Shown here in pieces: positions 51,112 to 60,439 of a stretch of 64,000 nt of DNA. The DNA is from an uncultured Acidobacteriota bacterium (GTDB lineage Bacteria; Acidobacteriota; Vicinamibacteria; Vicinamibacterales; CAVVIG01), in contig CAVWRG010000004.1 of the NCBI GenBank assembly GCA_963757355.1, forward strand, positions 188,992 through 252,991, read 5' to 3'. Numbering within the stretch: the stretch's first letter is position 1; each line of letters opens with the position of its first letter. The notes below the pieces were generated by a model that saw nothing but the letters and a program-made list of their open reading frames with translations, searched no databases and had not been told where the DNA came from. The position numbers and the translations under genes were made by a program.

Positions 51112-51194
51112 ACCACGGAGGACACAGAGGACACAGAGGATCAAACCTGGTTCGTATAGGATTGTTCCTCCGTGTCCCCTGTGTCCTCTGTGGT
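51112..51194. repeat. 83-nt element: 29-nt GGACACRGA nonamer arms around a 25-nt core
   Basis: accacggaggacacagaggacacagagga, 25 nt, tcctccgtgtcccctgtgtcctctgtggt. Confidence 0.9.
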
Positions 51195-51214
51195 AACTAG
51201 GTTGGGTTGGGTCC

Positions 51215-51502
51215 GTGGATACATCAATCAAAGATTTCGAAGCCGCGATCGCCGAGCTCGACGCGATCGTCAAGAAGCTCGAGGAGGGCGATCTGCCGCT
51301 CGAGCAATCGCTCGCGCTGTACGAGCGCGGCGTGCAGTTATCGCGCTTCTGCCACGCGCGGCTCGAAGAGGCGGAGCGCCGCATCGAAATCCTCACCGAG
51401 CGCGGCGATCTGAAAGCGGCGCCCTCCTCGCTCGGCGCAGACGATGCGTCGCCCGCCGCCGGCGGGAGATCGAGGCCCCGGCCCGACGCGGATCGGGGCT
51501 GA
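51215..51502 (+). CDS. xseB: Exodeoxyribonuclease VII small subunit
   Basis: FEAAI.EL..IV.KLE.GDLPLE.SL.LYERGV.L. Confidence 0.95.
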   Translation: MDTSIKDFEAAIAELDAIVKKLEEGDLPLEQSLALYERGVQLSRFCHARLEEAERRIEILTERGDLKAAPSSLGADDASPAAGGRSRPRPDADRG

Positions 51503-51506
51503 CCGC

Positions 51507-52454
51507 GTGGCTGAGCCCACGCTCGCGGCCTTCCTCGACTCCGCGCGAGCCGCAATCGATCGCGCGCTCGATCAGTATCTTCCGGTGCCGCCCCGCTGCC
51601 CGGCGGTGATCAGCGAAGCCATGCGGTACAGCGTCTTCGCCGGCGGCAAACGCCTGCGCCCGATCCTGACGCTGGCCGCGGCTGACGCGGTGGCGACGCG
51701 AACGAATTCCGGCGACGCGACCAGCGCGCGCACCGTGGCGATGCCGGCGGCCTGCGCGATCGAGCTCATTCACACGTACTCGCTCATCCACGACGACCTG
51801 CCCGCGATGGACGACGACACGCTGCGGCGCGGCCGCGCGACGCTGCACGTGGTCTATGGCGACGGCATCGCGATCCTCGCCGGGGATGGCCTGCACGCCG
51901 AGGCGTTCACGCTGCTGGCGCGCGAGCCGGTGACCGCGGACGCCGCGGTCGTGTCCCGCAAGCTCCGCGTGGTCCAGATCGTCGGCGATGCGGCTGGTCC
52001 CAGCGGCATGGTCGGCGGCCAGGCGATCGATCTGCAGGCCGCAGGACAGGCGCCCGGACAGCCGCTGGTGCTCGACGCCGACGGGCTGCGCGCGATGCAC
52101 GCGCGCAAGACCGGTGCGCTGATCCGCGCGGCCGCCGTCAGCGGTGCCGTGATGGCGGGCGCGGCCGAGGAGGTCGTGGACGCCATCGCACGATACGCCA
52201 CCGAGCTGGGTCTCGCGTTTCAGATCGTGGACGACATCCTGGACGTCGAAGGGAGCGCGGCGCAGCTCGGGAAGACCGCCGGCAAGGATGCGGCCGCGGC
52301 GAAGCCGACCTACCCGGCGCTGTTCGGAATCGAGCGCTCGCGGGCGATGGCCGCGGAGTGCATCGTGCGCGCACACGCCGCGCTCCTCAGCGGCGACCTC
52401 AGTGACGGATGGCTCGGGCCGATTGCGGACTGGGTAGTGTCGCGCCGCAACTGA
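51507..52454 (+). CDS. ispA: Farnesyl/geranylgeranyl diphosphate synthase
   Basis: GGKRLRP, SLIHDDLPAMD...RRG, GQ.ID, KTG, FQIVDDILD. Confidence 0.92.
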   Translation: MAEPTLAAFLDSARAAIDRALDQYLPVPPRCPAVISEAMRYSVFAGGKRLRPILTLAAADAVATRTNSGDATSARTVAMPAACAIELIHTYSLIHDDLPAMDDDTLRRGRATLHVVYGDGIAILAGDGLHAEAFTLLAREPVTADAAVVSRKLRVVQIVGDAAGPSGMVGGQAIDLQAAGQAPGQPLVLDADGLRAMHARKTGALIRAAAVSGAVMAGAAEEVVDAIARYATELGLAFQIVDDILDVEGSAAQLGKTAGKDAAAAKPTYPALFGIERSRAMAAECIVRAHAALLSGDLSDGWLGPIADWVVSRRN

Positions 52455-52467
52455 AGCTGCGCGGGCT

Positions 52468-52632
52468 CAACACAGAGGACACCAAGGACACAAAGGTTCG
52501 CACCGAAACGGTTTTACATCCGCAGCTCCGCGCGCTCAACGCAAAGGACCCAAGTGACACAGCGGTAAATCCACACCCTTAGATCCGATCAGAGATGAGT
52601 TTTTCCTTCGTGTCCTTCGTGTCCTTTGTGTT
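52468..52632. repeat. GGACAC nonamer composite: two left arms and one right arm
   Basis: caacacagaggacaccaaggacacaaagg; caacgcaaaggacccaagtgacacagcgg; ccttcgtgtccttcgtgtcctttgtgtt. Confidence 0.8.
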
Positions 52633-52640
52633 TGATTAGC

Positions 52641-53381
52641 GTGCCTAAGAACACAGCACGCCTCGATTCTACGCTCGTCGATCGCGGCCTGGTCGCTTCC
52701 CGCGAGCGCGCCCGTGCCCTCATTCTTGCCGGACAAGTCAAAGTCGACGGCCGCGTCGTCTCCAAGGCGGGCGCGCCTGTCGGCGCCGGCGCGATTGTCG
52801 AGCTGATCGCGCCAGATCACCCGTACGTGGGACGCGGCGGCGTCAAGCTGGCGCACGCGCTCGACGTCTTCGGCGTCGATCCCGCCGGGCGGCGTGCGCT
52901 CGATGTGGGCGCGTCGACCGGCGGCTTCACTGACGTGCTCCTGCGGCGCGGCGCGTCGAGCGTGATCGCGCTCGATGTGGGACACAACCAGCTCGATTGG
53001 AAGCTGCGAACCGACCCGCGCGTCCTCGTGCGCGAAGGCGTCAACGCGCGCGCTCTCTCGTCCGCCGATGTGCCGCACACGGTCACGATTGTCACGATCG
53101 ACGTCGCGTTCATCTCGCTGCGCCACATCCTGCCGGCGCTCCCGCCATTTCTCGAGCCCGCCGCGGACGTCATCGCGCTCGTGAAGCCGCAGTTCGAGGC
53201 CGGACGTGGCGAGGTCGGCAAGGGCGGCATCGTGTCGGATCCGGCAGTGCACGAGGCGGTGATCGCGCAGGTCACCGCGGCCGCCGCGGCGGTCGGGTTG
53301 TCGCGGATCGCGATGTCGCCGTCGGCGATCACCGGCGCCACGGGCAATCAGGAATTTTTTCTGCATCTGCGCTCCGCGTGA
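52641..53381 (+). CDS. tlyA: TlyA-family rRNA 2'-O-methyltransferase
   Basis: S4 domain RLD..LV.RGL..SR; Y.GRGG.KL, DVGASTGGFTD, DVAFISL, LVKPQFE. Confidence 0.93.
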   Translation: MPKNTARLDSTLVDRGLVASRERARALILAGQVKVDGRVVSKAGAPVGAGAIVELIAPDHPYVGRGGVKLAHALDVFGVDPAGRRALDVGASTGGFTDVLLRRGASSVIALDVGHNQLDWKLRTDPRVLVREGVNARALSSADVPHTVTIVTIDVAFISLRHILPALPPFLEPAADVIALVKPQFEAGRGEVGKGGIVSDPAVHEAVIAQVTAAAAAVGLSRIAMSPSAITGATGNQEFFLHLRSA

Positions 53382-53398
53382 TCCGAAACGGATGTCTG

Positions 53399-53692
53399 GC
53401 CACAGAGTCACAGAGGCACGGAGAAATACTCTCTCCCTCAGCGCAGGCGTGACACTCGCAGGCAGTGCGCCGCGGCGATTCGACGGCCGGCCTGCCGTGC
53501 AGGCCGGCTTGCGCGACCGGATCGGGCGAATTCACAAGCCAGACCTTCCGCGCCGAAGGCTTGCGAATTCGCCCGACTCCGGCCGCGTGCGTCGCATCGC
53601 GACGCCGTCGAATCGCCGCGGCGCCTCTGTGGCTCGGTGGCTCTGTGGCAAATCTTCTTCGTGTCCTTTGTGTCCTTTGTGTCTTCTGTGAT
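53399..53692. other. Nested palindromic structured element between tlyA and nadK
   Basis: Outer nonamer arms 53399-53423/53625-53649; perfect 21-bp stem 53467-53487/53604-53624; three internal hairpins; extra right arm 53655-53692. Confidence 0.8.
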
Positions 53693-53703
53693 TGGATAGA
53701 CGC

Positions 53704-54588
53704 GTGAATGCCACCGTCACGCGCGTCGGGATCGTCGCGAAGTCGCATCTGCGCGAGGCGACGCCGCATCTGATCGACATCGAGTCGTGGATGGCCGCCC
53801 GCCAGCTCGAGGTGCTGTTCGAAACCGCGACGGCCGCGATGATGCCCGCGAAGGCCTCGCGCCGCGTCGCCGAGAAGGCCGCGCTGGTCACCCAGGTGGA
53901 TCTCATCGTCGTGCTGGGAGGGGACGGCACACTCTTGTCGGTGGCGAATTGCGTCGCCGCCGCGAGCCCCGACGTGCCGATTCTCGGCGTGAACTTCGGC
54001 AGCCTCGGCTTCCTCACGGAGGCGACGCTGCCGGAGCTGTATCCATCGCTCGAAGCGGCGGTCAGCGGACAGGCGCGCGTCGAGGAGCGCTTGATGCTGC
54101 GCGCAACGACCGTGCGTGCGGGCGCCTCCCTCCCGGAACAACTGGCGCTCAATGATGTGGTGATTACCAAGTCGGCGCGCGCGCGGATGACCGATCTGTC
54201 CGTGTGCGTCGGCGACGAATTCGTCACGCGCGTGAAAGCCGACGGCCTGATCGTGGCGACGCCCACCGGATCGACCGCCTACAACCTGGCGGCCGGCGGC
54301 CCGATCGTGCAGCCGGTCGTGGACGCGCTCGTCCTGACGCCGATCGCGCCGCACATGCTGACGAACCGCCCCATCGTGATTCCCGCGGCTTCGCTCGTGC
54401 GCGTTCAGCCGATGATGGACGACCGCGACGAGCTCTACGTCACGTTCGACGGCCAGGAGGGCTACCAGCTGGCAGCGGGCGACGAAGTCCAGATCCGCTG
54501 CACCGAGCGCCGCGTCCGCCTGCTTCGCCCCTCGCCGCGCAGCTATTTCGACGTGCTGCGCCAGAAACTCAAATGGAACGAACGCTGA
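53704..54588 (+). CDS. nadK: NAD(+)/NADH kinase
   Basis: GGDGT, GVN.GSLGFL, ALND, DGLIVATPTGSTAY.L.AGGP. Confidence 0.95.
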   Translation: MNATVTRVGIVAKSHLREATPHLIDIESWMAARQLEVLFETATAAMMPAKASRRVAEKAALVTQVDLIVVLGGDGTLLSVANCVAAASPDVPILGVNFGSLGFLTEATLPELYPSLEAAVSGQARVEERLMLRATTVRAGASLPEQLALNDVVITKSARARMTDLSVCVGDEFVTRVKADGLIVATPTGSTAYNLAAGGPIVQPVVDALVLTPIAPHMLTNRPIVIPAASLVRVQPMMDDRDELYVTFDGQEGYQLAAGDEVQIRCTERRVRLLRPSPRSYFDVLRQKLKWNER

Positions 54589-54592
54589 TCTA

Positions 54593-54694
54593 TCCTTTGT
54601 GTCCTTTGCGTCCTTTGTGTTGAACGGCGGCCAGATACCAGCGACACGGCGAATCGAAATGGGCTCTAATCCCGAATCCCAAATCCCGAGTCCC
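54593..54694. repeat. GGACAC-family arm (54593-54622) and reverse GGGATTY array (54667-54694) at a convergent junction
   Basis: tcctttgtgtcctttgcgtcctttgtgttg; aatcccgaatcccaaatcccgagtccc. Confidence 0.8.
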
Positions 54695-56228
54695 GTCCGA
54701 TTGTCAGCAGAGCGGCCATCGACTCGATACCTTCCCACAGATTTTCAATCCGCAGGTTTTCGTTCGGCCCGTGCTGGTTGTTGTCGAAGTTGACGATCGA
54801 CAACCCGAACGTCGGCACCTTCAGCACGTCGGCGAACAGATAGAACGGCGTGCTGCCGCCCAGCGTCGGCAGCCGAACGATCGGGCCGCCGGCCGCGGCT
54901 GAGAGCGCACCGGACACCGCGGCGGCGAGCGGCGTGTCCATCGACGTACGGCCGGCCGGATACCCGCCGACCCGGGTGACGCGCGCCATCAGCGGATGCG
55001 CCGCGCGCATCGCCGCGTCCGGATCGCCGTCGACGATGAAGTAGCCCTGTTTGCGGACGTGGGCGACGAGCCGATCGAATTCTTTCGCCGGGTCGATGGC
55101 GTGAACCAGGCGCACATCGAGGCGCGCGCTGGCGGACGCGGGGATGATCGTCCGCCCCTGACCGCCGACGCCACCGCCCGCTTCGAGCGCGTTCACGTTG
55201 AGCGTCGGCTGGTTGTGGCGCAGCTCGAGCCGTTCGGATGGATTCTCCCGCCGCGTGAAGCCGAACGTCTTCATCAGCGCCGGCTCCACGTCGGGAATCT
55301 CGTCGATCGCCTGCTTCTCGCTCGTCGTCAGCGGCACCACATCGTCGTAGAACCCGTCGATCGTGACCCGCCCCTGCTCGTCTTTCATGGAGGCCAGCAG
55401 GCGCGCCAGATCGAGCGCCGGGTTCGGCGCCCAGTTGCCGTAATTCCCGCTGTGCAGATCGCGCTGCGCGCCGTAGACGGTGATCGTCGCCGCCATCAGT
55501 CCCCGCGATCCGAAATTCATCGTCGCGCGTCCACTGGCGTGGCGCGGGCCGTCCACCAGGATCAGCGCGTCGCCGCGAATCCGATCCGCGTGCTCGCGCA
55601 CAGCCGCCGCGAGGTTCGGCGATCCGGCCTCTTCTTCGCCTTCGAGAATGATGCGGACGTTCGACGTGATGCCGGCCGGCCTTTGCGCGTCGAGTGCATC
55701 GATCGCCGCCAGCAGCGCAACGATCGGCGACTTGTCGTCGGACGAGGACCGTCCGTAGATCCGCCACTCGGGGTCGATGGCGCCTGTCCACGTGTCGAGC
55801 GAAATCGTGCGGCCTGCCGGAGGGTGCGGCACCACGATCACCGGCGAGAATGGCGGCTCGTAGGTCCACTCGGACGCGACGACCGGCTGACCGTCATAAT
55901 GGAAATAGAACGTCAGGGTGCGCGAAGCCGAGGGGATGCGGCGTTCCATCAGGACGAGCGGCGCGCCCGCCGTCGGGACGACGCCGCCGGTGAAGTGGCG
56001 GCGTTCGAACATCGCCACGAGCGCGACGGCGTTGCGCTGGATGTTCGCGGCGTCGGTTGCCACGTTCGGAATTGCGAGCAGATCGAACAGCTCGTGCAGA
56101 ATCTGTCGCTCGTGCTGCGTCCGCCACGCGCGGACGCGAGCCGTCGAGTCGTCTGCGGCCGCAGCTGCAGCCAGGGCAAGCAGCGCCGCACACGCCGCGA
56201 GCGCCCTACCGACCCGACCGCCGCGCAT
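54666..56228 (-). CDS. M20/M25/M40 family metallo-hydrolase, secreted
   Basis: HYDGQP, YGR..SDDK, EGEEE.GS, DLHSG, NQH.PNEN; C-terminus DSGFGIRD is repeat-encoded. Confidence 0.9.
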   Translation of the reverse strand: MRGGRVGRALAACAALLALAAAAAADDSTARVRAWRTQHERQILHELFDLLAIPNVATDAANIQRNAVALVAMFERRHFTGGVVPTAGAPLVLMERRIPSASRTLTFYFHYDGQPVVASEWTYEPPFSPVIVVPHPPAGRTISLDTWTGAIDPEWRIYGRSSSDDKSPIVALLAAIDALDAQRPAGITSNVRIILEGEEEAGSPNLAAAVREHADRIRGDALILVDGPRHASGRATMNFGSRGLMAATITVYGAQRDLHSGNYGNWAPNPALDLARLLASMKDEQGRVTIDGFYDDVVPLTTSEKQAIDEIPDVEPALMKTFGFTRRENPSERLELRHNQPTLNVNALEAGGGVGGQGRTIIPASASARLDVRLVHAIDPAKEFDRLVAHVRKQGYFIVDGDPDAAMRAAHPLMARVTRVGGYPAGRTSMDTPLAAAVSGALSAAAGGPIVRLPTLGGSTPFYLFADVLKVPTFGLSIVNFDNNQHGPNENLRIENLWEGIESMAALLTIGRDSGFGIRD

Positions 56229-57378
56229 GCTTTTTCCGCGCGCCGTCATCCAACCCTCCAGCCCTTCCTGCCCCTCCAGCCCGTCCCGCCGCTCCAGACC
56301 CGTCCGCCCTTCCAGCCCCACCTGCCCCACCTGCCCCACCCGCCTCACCCGCCCTTCCTGCCTTCTGATCCCGAAAGTACTGCACCTGATACTTCTGCAC
56401 GTTCCGATTGTGCTCCTCGAGCGTCCGCGCAAACGCGTGCGAGCCGTCGTTGCGGCTCACAAAATACAGGAAATCGGCGTCGGCCGGGTGCAGTGCCGCC
56501 TCCAGCGAGCCTTTGCCGGGCGCGGCGATCGGACCTGGCGGGAGGCCCGGATGACGATACGTGTTGTACGGCGAGTCGAACGCGAGATCCGCCTTGTGGA
56601 TGTTGCCGTCGTAATGACCGGCGCTCTGCAGCGCGTAGATGACGGTCGGATCGCACTGCAACGGCATGCCGATGCGCAGCCGCGTGGTGTACACCGCCGC
56701 AATCAGCGGGCGCTCGTCCGATCGCGCCGTTTCCTTCTCGACGATCGACGCGAGCGTCACCGCCTGGCGCACCGAGAGCCCGCGCGCCTCGGCCGCCGCC
56801 CGGAGGTCGGCCCCGAACACGTGCAGGAAACGGCCGACCATGAGCCGGACGATCGTTGACGCATCGGTGTGCCGCGACAGCGAATACGTCTCGGGAAACA
56901 GATAGCCTTCCAGATCGGTCGCCGCCGGATCGACCGCGCGAATCAACGACACATCCTTCGCCGCGTCGACGAACGCGGCGGCGGAGCCGAAGCCGTGCGC
57001 CTCGACGATCGCCGCCATCTCCGCGATCGTCAGCCCTTCGGGTAAGGTGAGCGCGATCGTGTAGACGTCGCCGCGCGCGATCTTGTCGATCACCTGCGCG
57101 GGCGTCAGCGGCTGATCGAAGCGGTATTCGCCCGCTTTCAAATGCCTCGCCTGACCGCTCATCCAGAGCACCGCGCGATACGTCAGCGCGTCGCGCACGA
57201 CGCCGGCCGCGACGAGACGTGCGCCGATCGCGCTCGTGCTGGACCCCGCCGGTATCTCGACGAACTGTTCAGCGCTGGTGTATCCGCGATATGGCGCGCG
57301 GCTGCGCTGGACGAACAGGCCTGCCGCCGCACCGACACCGAGCAGAACCAGAACGAGGAACACCACGATCTTTTTCAT
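56206..57378 (-). CDS. mltG: Endolytic transglycosylase MltG
   Basis: N-terminal TM, LEGYLFPETY, LASIVEKE, LQ.DPT, SPYNTY..PGLPPGPI; AG-rich repeat tail. Confidence 0.95.
   Translation of the reverse strand: MKKIVVFLVLVLLGVGAAAGLFVQRSRAPYRGYTSAEQFVEIPAGSSTSAIGARLVAAGVVRDALTYRAVLWMSGQARHLKAGEYRFDQPLTPAQVIDKIARGDVYTIALTLPEGLTIAEMAAIVEAHGFGSAAAFVDAAKDVSLIRAVDPAATDLEGYLFPETYSLSRHTDASTIVRLMVGRFLHVFGADLRAAAEARGLSVRQAVTLASIVEKETARSDERPLIAAVYTTRLRIGMPLQCDPTVIYALQSAGHYDGNIHKADLAFDSPYNTYRHPGLPPGPIAAPGKGSLEAALHPADADFLYFVSRNDGSHAFARTLEEHNRNVQKYQVQYFRDQKAGRAGEAGGAGGAGGAGRADGSGAAGRAGGAGRAGGLDDGARKKHARRSGR
56254..56363. repeat. Nonamer array, GGGCAGG family, inside the mltG 3' end
   Basis: About 12 degenerate units such as ccacctgcc and cttcctgcc. 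Confidence 0.85.
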
Positions 57379-57390
57379 GCGCGTGCTGCC

Positions 57391-57479
57391 CTCCTCCCCT
57401 CCTGCGCTTTCTGCCTCATCCGCCCCTCCCGCCTCTCCCGCCCTTCCCGCCCTTCCCGCCCCTCCCGCCCCTCCCGCCC
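57391..57479. repeat. Nonamer array, GGGCAGG/GGGCGGG family, between ruvX and mltG
   Basis: (ccttcccgc)n-like units abutting the ruvX stop. Confidence 0.85.
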
Positions 57480-57919
57480 TATGTAGTGGTACGGTCGAGA
57501 TAATCCTGGAGAAACACCGCGGCTGCCGCGGCATCGAGCTTGGTTTTGCGCCGGCGCCAGTCGCGCTCGTTCTCGGCGAGCCGACTCTCGGCTTCGCGGC
57601 TGCTGAGCCGCTCATCCTCGGTGACGATCGGCACGCTGATCCGCTGCCGCAGCGCGGCGATGAACGCGATGACGCCGGCCGTCGCATCCGACGGGGTGCC
57701 ATCGAGGTGCCCCGGCCGCCCGATGACGATTGTGGCGAGGCCGTCCTCTTCGGCGGCGATCGCGACGATGCGTCGAGCGACGCGATCGACGGCGTCCGCT
57801 GCGCCGCTCACCAGGATCGTCTCGAGCGGCCGCGCGAGCGTCCCTGACGGATCGCTGATCGCCAGCCCGACTCGCCGCCCGCCGAAATCAACGCCCAGTA
57901 CCCGTCCAGTCGCGCGCAC
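57479..57919 (-). CDS. ruvX: YqgF/RuvX family nuclease
   Basis: LGVDFG.RRVGLAISD, VIG.P, DERLSS, D..AA...LQ.YLD. Confidence 0.93.
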   Translation of the reverse strand: MRATGRVLGVDFGGRRVGLAISDPSGTLARPLETILVSGAADAVDRVARRIVAIAAEEDGLATIVIGRPGHLDGTPSDATAGVIAFIAALRQRISVPIVTEDERLSSREAESRLAENERDWRRRKTKLDAAAAAVFLQDYLDRTTT

Positions 57920-57920
57920 T

Positions 57921-57972
57921 AATTCACCAACTTACCAACTTACCAATTCACCAATTTACCAACTCACCAATT
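57921..57972. repeat. Octamer tandem array (AAYTYACC) x6.5
   Basis: aattcacc aacttacc aacttacc aattcacc aatttacc aactcacc aatt. Confidence 0.9.
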
Positions 57973-57987
57973 GCGTGTATTTCCAAA

Positions 57988-57996
57988 TGCTATAAT
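57988..57996 (+). promoter_or_regulatory. Extended -10 promoter
   Basis: TGcTATAAT upstream of the M23 gene. Confidence 0.6.
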
Positions 57997-57999
57997 CAT

Positions 58000-59211
58000 T
58001 TGCCTCCACAACATATCGATGGCCAACTAGTGTCCGCCGTCAGACGCGCCACGTCCGGTCCGCGCTTCCCGTACGTCGTGTCCGGCCTCAGCCGGACCAT
58101 GGTCGCCCTCGCGATCTGCGCACCGCTTGTCGCGCAGCAGCCGGATCACGCGCGAACGGAGGCGCTCGCGCGCCGCGCCGGCGAGCGGTTGCAGTCGCTG
58201 CAGCGCGAAGCCGACCGCCTCGCGTCGGACGAACGGACGCTGCTCGGCGACCTGCGCAAGCTCGAAGTCGATCGACAAATCCGCACCGAGCAGCTGAAGC
58301 AGGCCGACGCCGATGTCCGCGCCGTCCAGGCCGAGATCGACGCGACGAACGAGCGCATCGCCCGCTTGCAGCAGCAGGACCAGGCCGAGCGGCCCGATCT
58401 GCGCGCACGGCTGGTGGAAACCTACAAGCTCGGTCAGGGCCGCTACCTCCGTCTGCTGCTCGCGACCTCCGACGTGCGCCGCCTCGGCGAGGCGACGCGC
58501 GCCGTGGCGGTCATGGCCAAGCTCGATCGCGATCGCATCGCCGCGCATCAGCAGACGCTCGGCGAGCTGACGTCCACGCGCGCAGCCTTCGACGTGCGGC
58601 GAAAGAAATTGGAGACGGTGCGCGCCGACGCGGCGCGCGCACAGGCAGCCGCCGCACGCGCGACACAGGCGCGCAACGATCTGGTGCGCGACATCGACAC
58701 GCGTCGCGATCTGAACGCGCAGCTGTCCGGGGAGCTCCAAGCGGCTCAGCAGAAGCTGCAGCTCGGGCTGCGCGAGATGGCGGGCGGCGCGGCGCCCGCC
58801 GACGTCGCTGCATTGCCGCTGCGCCCGTTCCGCGGCGATCTCGACTGGCCGGCGACCGGCGTCGTGAGGCGCCGCTTCAACGCCACGGCCGCGGCCGGCG
58901 GCCGGCCGTCCAATGGAATTGAGATCACTGCCGATGAAGGCACGCCCGCACAAGCCGTCCACGAAGGCGTCGTCGCGTTCGCAGACACCTTTGCCGGCTT
59001 TGGCAACCTCGTGATCCTGGATCACGGATCGCAGACCTTCAGCCTGTATGGCAATCTGCTCGATTTGGCAGTCGCCAAGGGCGCGCGGGTGGACCACGGC
59101 CAGGTCGTCGGCCATGTCGGGCCCTCGCCGGCCGGCCAAGCCGGACTGTATTTCGAGTTGCGCGTCGACGGTCACCCCGTGGACCCGCTACAATGGTTAA
59201 GGAAACGGTGA
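58000..59211 (+). CDS. EnvC-like coiled-coil plus degenerate M23 domain protein (start uncertain)
   Basis: Long coiled coil, WP..G, GNLVILDHG; zinc ligands absent (SNGIE, GLYFE). Confidence 0.85.
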   Translation: MPPQHIDGQLVSAVRRATSGPRFPYVVSGLSRTMVALAICAPLVAQQPDHARTEALARRAGERLQSLQREADRLASDERTLLGDLRKLEVDRQIRTEQLKQADADVRAVQAEIDATNERIARLQQQDQAERPDLRARLVETYKLGQGRYLRLLLATSDVRRLGEATRAVAVMAKLDRDRIAAHQQTLGELTSTRAAFDVRRKKLETVRADAARAQAAAARATQARNDLVRDIDTRRDLNAQLSGELQAAQQKLQLGLREMAGGAAPADVAALPLRPFRGDLDWPATGVVRRRFNATAAAGGRPSNGIEITADEGTPAQAVHEGVVAFADTFAGFGNLVILDHGSQTFSLYGNLLDLAVAKGARVDHGQVVGHVGPSPAGQAGLYFELRVDGHPVDPLQWLRKR

Positions 59212-59215
59212 CTGT

Positions 59216-60382
59216 ATGAGCTCTCGAACGCGCGCGATCGTCATGGCCATCTCGGCGCCCGTCATCGCGTTTGCCATCGTCGGCGGTTTTCTTGGCAAGG
59301 TGATGGCGCGCCAGGACACGTATCAGCACCTGAAGGTCTTCGACGATGTGGTCGGCCTGATCGAAGGCAACTACGTCGAGGAGGTCAACGTCGACAAGGT
59401 GATGAACGGGGCGATGCGCGGATTGGCCGACGGTCTGGATCCCGACAGCGCCTATCTCTCGCCTGACGAAGTCGCTCAGGTCGAGAGCAGCAAGCCGCTG
59501 CCGGCGGGCGATGTCGGCATCGAGTTGACGCGGCAGTACTACCTGCGGGTCATCGCCGCGCGCGACAATTCTCCGGCGGCCAAGGCGGGCCTGCGCACGG
59601 GCGACTACGTGCGCGCCATCAACGAGACGCCGACGCGCGAGATGTCGGTGTGGGAAGGCATGCGCGCGCTGCGCGGCGCGCCCGGCTCGAAAGTGTCGCT
59701 CACGATCATCCGCGGCAATGCGGCCGATCCGCACGTCGTCGAACTGACGCGGGAAGAAGCGCCGGCGGCGGACGTGAGCGGCAGGATTGCGGCGCCTGGC
59801 GTCGGGTACGTCCGCATCGCGTCGGTCGGACCGGCGACCGCGGATCGGGTGAAATCGGCGATCGCGGATCTGCAGAAGGCCGGCGCGACGAAACTGATCG
59901 TCGACGTGCGCCGCACATCGGGCGGTCCGCTCGACAGCGGTCTCACCATTGCGCGGCTGTTCGTCGGCAAAGGCACGCTGGCGCAACGCGAGACCAAGGG
60001 CAGCGAAAAGGAAACCATCGTCGCATCGCCGGGCGACGGCACCATCACCGCGCCGACCACGCTGCTGATCGACACCGGCACCACCGGCGCCGCGGAGCTC
60101 TTCGCGTCGGCGCTCGCGGGCAACAATCGGGCCGACCTGATCGGCGAGCGGACGATCGGCCGCGCGGCGATCCAGAAACTGGTCAAACTGCCGGATGGCA
60201 GCGGCCTGTGGCTGTCCACGACGAAATACCTCACCCCGAATGGGGCCCCGCTTCACGGAAAAGGCCTCGAGCCTGCCGTCGCCGTGGACGAACCGGACGT
60301 CGAATTCGGCCAACCAGCGCCGACGACCGATCCGGTGCTCGACAAGGCCATCGAGGGGCTCACCCAGAAGAAAGCAGCGTAG
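59216..60382 (+). CDS. S41A/CtpA-like PDZ protein with substituted catalytic residues
   Basis: GLDPDS.YL, PDZ (SPAAKAGL..GD), GYVRI, Y.TP.G; TTGAAE and TIGRA where TASASE and T.GKG are expected. Confidence 0.85.
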   Translation: MSSRTRAIVMAISAPVIAFAIVGGFLGKVMARQDTYQHLKVFDDVVGLIEGNYVEEVNVDKVMNGAMRGLADGLDPDSAYLSPDEVAQVESSKPLPAGDVGIELTRQYYLRVIAARDNSPAAKAGLRTGDYVRAINETPTREMSVWEGMRALRGAPGSKVSLTIIRGNAADPHVVELTREEAPAADVSGRIAAPGVGYVRIASVGPATADRVKSAIADLQKAGATKLIVDVRRTSGGPLDSGLTIARLFVGKGTLAQRETKGSEKETIVASPGDGTITAPTTLLIDTGTTGAAELFASALAGNNRADLIGERTIGRAAIQKLVKLPDGSGLWLSTTKYLTPNGAPLHGKGLEPAVAVDEPDVEFGQPAPTTDPVLDKAIEGLTQKKAA

Positions 60383-60439
60383 AGGGCGCGGGGGTCTGTT
60401 ATACTGGAGGTTCGTCTAACGCCTGTATTTTCAAGATGT

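Noticed and set aside
53424-53624. Known NAD+ riboswitch, or a small ORF upstream of nadK
   Set aside because: The long perfect stems do not resemble the nadA-type aptamer as I recall it, and the ORFs here lack SD and motifs; kept only as an unknown structured element.
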